A stretch of DNA of 64,000 nt from Takakia lepidozioides. Lineage: Eukaryota; Plantae; Bryophyta. Under the pieces are notes generated by a model. It saw only the letters and a program-made list of their open reading frames with translations, was not told the origin of the DNA and ran no database searches. Shown here one piece after another: positions 59,161 to 64,000 of this stretch (within the stretch, counting starts at the first letter, position 1; every line of letters begins with the position of its first letter). The DNA lies in assembly GCA_030704615.1 (NCBI GenBank), contig CM060733.1, positions 68,138,001 through 68,202,000 on the forward strand, written 5' to 3'. A program made the position numbers and the translations under genes.

Positions 59161-60533
59161 GGCAAGATCTTCCCTCTCATTTCATTTAGTCTCGGCGAAG
59201 CCCTGCTAAAATGTGGAGTGCAGGTGCTGGATTGATTGAAGAGTGGTGGAGGGTGAAAGCATGTTAGAGGTAGGCCAAAAATATTGTCACAAATGGATTT
59301 TGACAAACTGTGGTCTTCAAAGTAACTCTAGTGCATTCTGATCTTACATTGAACTTCCTTGAAAATGATATGGGAAGAAAGATGATGTTGTAAGGAAAAC
59401 ATAACACTTTTCCAATCTGCAAACGCGTATGTTTTGATGGTACTTGTGAAGTATTGTGCGAGGAGGTTGTAGATGTAGCTCGCTACATCCTCGAACATGA
59501 AAAGCCAAAAGTACCCCTAAAACGTACCAATTGCAGGCATGAATATTTTTCATGCATGCTTGAATACCTGCAAAATAGTCTCAGAAGGAGCCGTCGAGTA
59601 CCTGCTATGTATGAAAGGTCTAATGATTTTTGTATATGCAACTACTAATTTATAAAGGCCATGGATTTAAGTACCTGAGAATGTTATTATTTAAGAGTGA
59701 GTCCTGAAGAAGATGTGTTCCAAACCACGGTACCTAGTGCTACGTGCAATTGAAACCTCCAAACAATGGTGACATTTTGAACTAGATTATTTTCGCCGAC
59801 AGGTTTATTTCCGGTTTTTTTTTTCTTGTTTTTTTGTTTAATCTTGGACTGTTGGATACGGGACTCAGACTCATGGCACGATTGTCTTTTGCCATTATTT
59901 TTTATATTATCATCTACCACCACTACACTACGCCACAAAACTACTCCCAAGTACCCATTATCCGCCAGTTTTGGCCTACCTCTAACATGCTTACACCCTG
60001 GAAGGGTGGTGGAAGGACGGAGAGTGGTGTTTCATCTCTACATGTTTGTCAGTCATTCTCTATCAGTATTTTCCAGAAGAGTTACACACTGAACTCACGC
60101 AGTATCTATTTTTTTAGACTGGCACAGCGAAGAGGTGTTGTTCCATTAGACTTTCGCTTTGTTTTGTCGCTCTTTTCTGAATCTCATTTATCTGTCTTCG
60201 TCTTCTCCAATTATACCATTGAATATGACGGGAGATCTCCCGTCATCTTGAGCACATCCTTTCCAATTTGTCTGGAACTCTATTTTCTGTTTATCTTTTT
60301 CCGCCCATAAGAGATCACAGAACGGGAGACCTCTCGTGATCCCTTAGTGTTATTAACATCTGTGGTGTGCATAGATTCTATCTTGCACAATCCAAAATTG
60401 TATTGTGGATTCTCACTTAAGGGTGAGGCGACTATAAGGGGAGATCTCCCGTCATCCTGCGGAGTGTTGCCGCATTTGATTTATTCATCTTTTCTACTTT
60501 TTTTGCTTCCCGTTTTTTACTCGAGGGCATAGC

Positions 60534-61012
60534 ATGGGAGATCTCCCGTGGTTGAAGATGGTTACCACCTGTGGACAGTTGTCTGTCGGAGAAGCCGTGA
60601 ATTTAATCCAACTTGTCGGCTCTCAAGTTCCCAGAATTGTCACTGAGGGTACATGTCTGAATACGTCTGGAGAGGGATTTTGTCATGGCAGATGTCTCTC
60701 TAGTAATTTAGTGAGTGTCATATTGAAAACCGTGATACATGGAATGGAGTCAATTAGCTTGCCGTATTCACACCCAGACGCGGAGACTCTTGGAGAAGCC
60801 CTGGGGACACCGATTGTCTCGAAAGTTAAAGTTGAGAAACTTAGGTGTGCTTGTCCGATGCTGGAGCAAGCACGAATGTTTTGGAGGATACAATACAGAA
60901 GGACAATACAGATGGTGTTGAAGGCGCAGGAACAAAAGTTTCACAAGAGACAACAAAAAAGAAGCGTGCCGAGTGTCAGAAAGGCGCGCATCATATATTC
61001 GGAAGAGATACC
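60534..61012 (+). pseudogene. N-terminal part of the transposase gene (small Tnp1/En/Spm-like domain)
   Basis: VNLIQ...IVTEG...FCHG...VSVILKTV...LPYSHPDAETLGEALG pattern; joins the inverted core at TACC 61009-61012. Confidence 0.55.
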
Positions 61013-63568
61013 AAGTTCAAGAAGAACATCCTTCCAATACTCATCGTAGTTCTTCATGATATTTTCGTAGTTCTTATCGAGATCCATCCCAAGTCTCCAG
61101 AATTCGCAGTACTTCGAAAGGCCATTTACAATACTGGCATTTTTTTCCCTAGCGTCTGGCTTTATTCCCAGTGGAATAGGTTCCGGGACCCCCTGGGGTA
61201 GCAGGGGAGACCTCCCGTCCTCAGCAATCTTCCACATTTTGACTGCACCCTGCTTTGGAAGCCAGTCAGCGTTGGTTGCTGATTTCTTATACTTCATTAC
61301 AGGCCAACCGTCACAATCCACATAGAACTTGAAGATGTGCATTTCACATGTGCCGATTAGCGCATCGCTCCCATCAATAATCCATCCACAAACTTCTTGA
61401 AGTCTGCGACCTCCTGAATCAGTTTAGGGATAAATGACAGGTTTTGAGACTCCATAAAGAGGCGCATGAGATCCGGAAGGATATATATGCTCTTCTGTTT
61501 CAACTTCTTCGACAGATAACTAAAGTATGCATCAATATCCTCGTGGGTGAGACCAACCATCAGGAATCCAAGCTGGATCTCTTCAAAAACACCTCTCGCC
61601 GTCAAGAGTGATAAAAAAGCAAGCATCCAACGATTTTTGTTTTCTCTTGAAGAATTGTCCATTTGCAGGTATAGTCGACGGGGTAATGGCTTGGCTCGAA
61701 CAGGGCCTTGGGATACCCTAGGCTTCAGTGCTTTCTCACATCGAGACTTTCCCCTCATTAGAGTTTCGAAAAATGAGTTCTGCATTGGATGATCGAAAAT
61801 TTCTCTTGAGTCTCGACACGTGGGCTTCTCAAGAGCGCGAAGACAACGAGCCAAGGAGCGGACTGTCAAGTTAGGATCACTTGGCCAGAACTCGTTCGTG
61901 AACTGAGCATAAGCACCGTCACCGTGGCCATGAGTCACCATACCTGTTAGGGATATAGGTAGTTGACCGAGACCAGATGTCATCTTGTTTGTTACGAGGA
62001 GCCGGGGCAACGCAGTCTTCGAGTGATCCATCTTATCGTGTATAATACACATAAACTCCTCACCCATCATCGTTGATTCATTTCGCCAACTATGATAAAG
62101 CCTGCGACATGACTCCTGATGCTTCAAATGTCTCTCAAATTTCCTTTTATGCTTTCTCTGCTCCTCAGTTCCGCTGACTGACTTCTGGATAAGATCTTTG
62201 AACATCTCACAATCTGTGCATTTCGCGAATTTTCCACCAGGTTTCCAAACCTCAATATTCCCAAAAAGTTTCGTTCGAATTCTGCTAATTCTAGACTTCG
62301 ACAATTCCTTCAAGCCCATTCGTTTGTTCGCTTGATCCAATTGTCAACAATATATAGAGTTGGTATTCTATTAGATGCGGGAGACCTCCCGTGGAGATTG
62401 AAATTGAGATCGAATATTCCAACATCTACATCCAAGAGATATGAAAATTTGATAGATGCAAAAAGAACGACAAACACAAAATTTCATTCTTAAATAGAAG
62501 GACAAAATCGCTCCGAACGAGACTATCGGTTATGCTGACGATTTGATATCGACTATTAGCACACTTAGCAGAATGATTACGGGAGGTCTACCGTGACATA
62601 CGCTCCTTGAAAGTAGAAAAATATTTATAGAGTCAGAATCGGATTGGGTTGGAAAGCAGTATCCAACCTCATTGGACAGTCTGTTAAGCTCCTTCCAATT
62701 CATCTCCACCGGCAACAACTTCAGAACATCTTGCCTTCCTTCTCCGATACCTCTCATTTTATGAGGCATGAGGTCACTGTTTCTGGAAATCAGCGATAAC
62801 AAATTCGCCTCGGCCTGCAGGGTTTTTGCTCGGGGTTTCTTCATTCCTCTGTTTCCATGCATTGACGAGATCTATCCATCATTATATTCCTCTTGTATCC
62901 ATGGTACGTTGACCTACCGATCCCATGGATTGTCCACCATGCCTTCTCACAGACCTCAACTCCTTCCATTGTAAGGTAGGCATGACGACCATAACCTGGT
63001 AGTCGGTGTAGTCGTCGTGGGACGTCAAACCCTAACTCTCTCTTTGCATCAAAAGAAGATGCCAAGAACTTACTCCGGATAGCCTTAGTTTTTTCCCAGT
63101 TGAAGTGTTGACAACAATTTCGAGCACAACAGCTCACAGAGCTTACTGCTTGAATTGACTCCGAATTTAAGAGTCGGATCAATTTCTTCTCTCATCTCCC
63201 TTTCGAATTCGTTTCAAACATTTATACTGCGATTTCTTAACTCCTTTGAGGTGGTCATCCTTCGTGTCTGACTCGTGCTCTTCATCAAACTTTGTGAGCA
63301 ACTCTGATAGTTTTCGGCCGTCTCGAAGTTTTGTATGTGTAAGCCGCCATTTCGTAATGGTCATTAGCCCCAGAGACAGCTGTAACAATTACACCGACGT
63401 GCTCCTCCCCAAGGTTTTCACCGAGAATAACTTCGTCATGTAGACACACCACAACTCGTCCCTCAACGATGACGTCCATCTCGTCATTGAGAAGATTACA
63501 CAACCTGGGAAAATGGCGCCGAATATCCAGTGCATGGCCCCGAAAATGGCTAAGTCCCTACAGTGGCA
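61013..63568 (-). pseudogene. Sola-like (DUF7869-type) DDE transposase core, in inverted orientation
   Basis: CCARNC; VCEKAWWTIHGIGRST; HGNRG; KCTDC; IIHDKMD; RLYLQMDNSSRENKN; GFLMVGLTHEDIDAYFS; HIFKF. One intron at ~62340-62670, plus frameshifts. Confidence 0.85.
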
Positions 63569-64000
63569 GGTAAGCCATTGCCTGAGCCAAAGGACAAGCA
63601 GAAGGAGGGGTTTTGGCCTTCGACTCTGTGGAAAGATAACCATGACAGAGATGGGATTAGGGTTGAATGTGAGAGTCAGGAGGAGTCAGAGAGGAAGATT
63701 GCAACCAGCTGTGGGCCAAAGAGTCAGAGACCTAAAGAGCCGATGAACCCATTCAAAGATATTGAAATTGGAAATTTCGTACTTGTTCGACCACCAGACA
63801 CAAAGACATATCCAGTTTGGATGGGTGTGGCAATCTCTGATGTTGTTCATGACCGTTCAGATGAGATATCGGCAAGTCCTTTTGGAGTGGTGGAGACCTA
63901 AAGGTGCTACAGCGGAGGACGTGGACAGGTATAGAAACTGCTGGGACAAAGCTTGGGAGTTCAATGAATCTGATCCACCAAAGTGGATACATACGAACAG
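63569..64000 (+). pseudogene. C-terminal part of the same transposase, running off the window
   Basis: GKPLPEPKDKQKEGFWP...FVLVRPPDTKTYPVWMGVA, then after a frameshift LEWWRP...YRNCWDKAW. Continues YWKDVLLEL in frame once the inversion is reversed. Confidence 0.7.

Larger units (their letters stand above)
20700..64000. mobile_element. Large Sola-like DNA transposon. Its own sequence is ~20.7-26.85 kb, 48.21-48.84 kb and 55.88-64 kb+; the Gypsy and L1 elements are nested inside.
   Basis: All three segments share the dispersed palindrome ACGGGAGnnCTCCCGT. Sequence is continuous across both insertion sites. DUF7869-type DDE transposase. Termini not located. Confidence 0.7.

Overview
Eukaryotic land-plant DNA. 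It looks like a non-seed plant (bryophyte/lycophyte-like), but that is inferred only from the transposon repertoire. The one clear host gene is an intact 8-exon VPS4/SKD1 AAA+ ATPase (12361-18559, 440 aa). Most of the rest is nested mobile DNA. 1-7.6 kb is a decayed DNA-transposon-like block with a hairpin-repeat array, a tRNA-derived SINE and a RING-H2 pseudogene. An RNase H-bearing LINE remnant lies at 8.7-9.8 kb, and RTEX-like LINE pieces sit in VPS4 intron 7. From about 20.7 kb to beyond the window end lies one large Sola-like (DUF7869-type DDE) DNA transposon. It is split by a Ty3/Gypsy insertion (26853-48211, CATAC TSD, with a 500-N gap and a probably artefactual ~7.5-kb internal duplication) and by an L1 LINE (48843-~55880). 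With both insertions removed and a 2.56-kb inversion (61013-63568) reversed, the element has two divergent genes around a CpG-rich repeat-containing spacer: a transposase (+) and a multi-exon accessory gene (-). The accessory gene appears to join a degenerate N6/N4 DNA-methyltransferase-like domain to a degenerate FCP1/NIF phosphatase domain. This element, and nothing else I could see in the window, carries ~35 copies of the palindrome ACGGGAGnnCTCCCGT. My best candidate for a new system is a sequence-specific self-marking or anti-silencing system, analogous to VANDAL/VANC; that function is a hypothesis.
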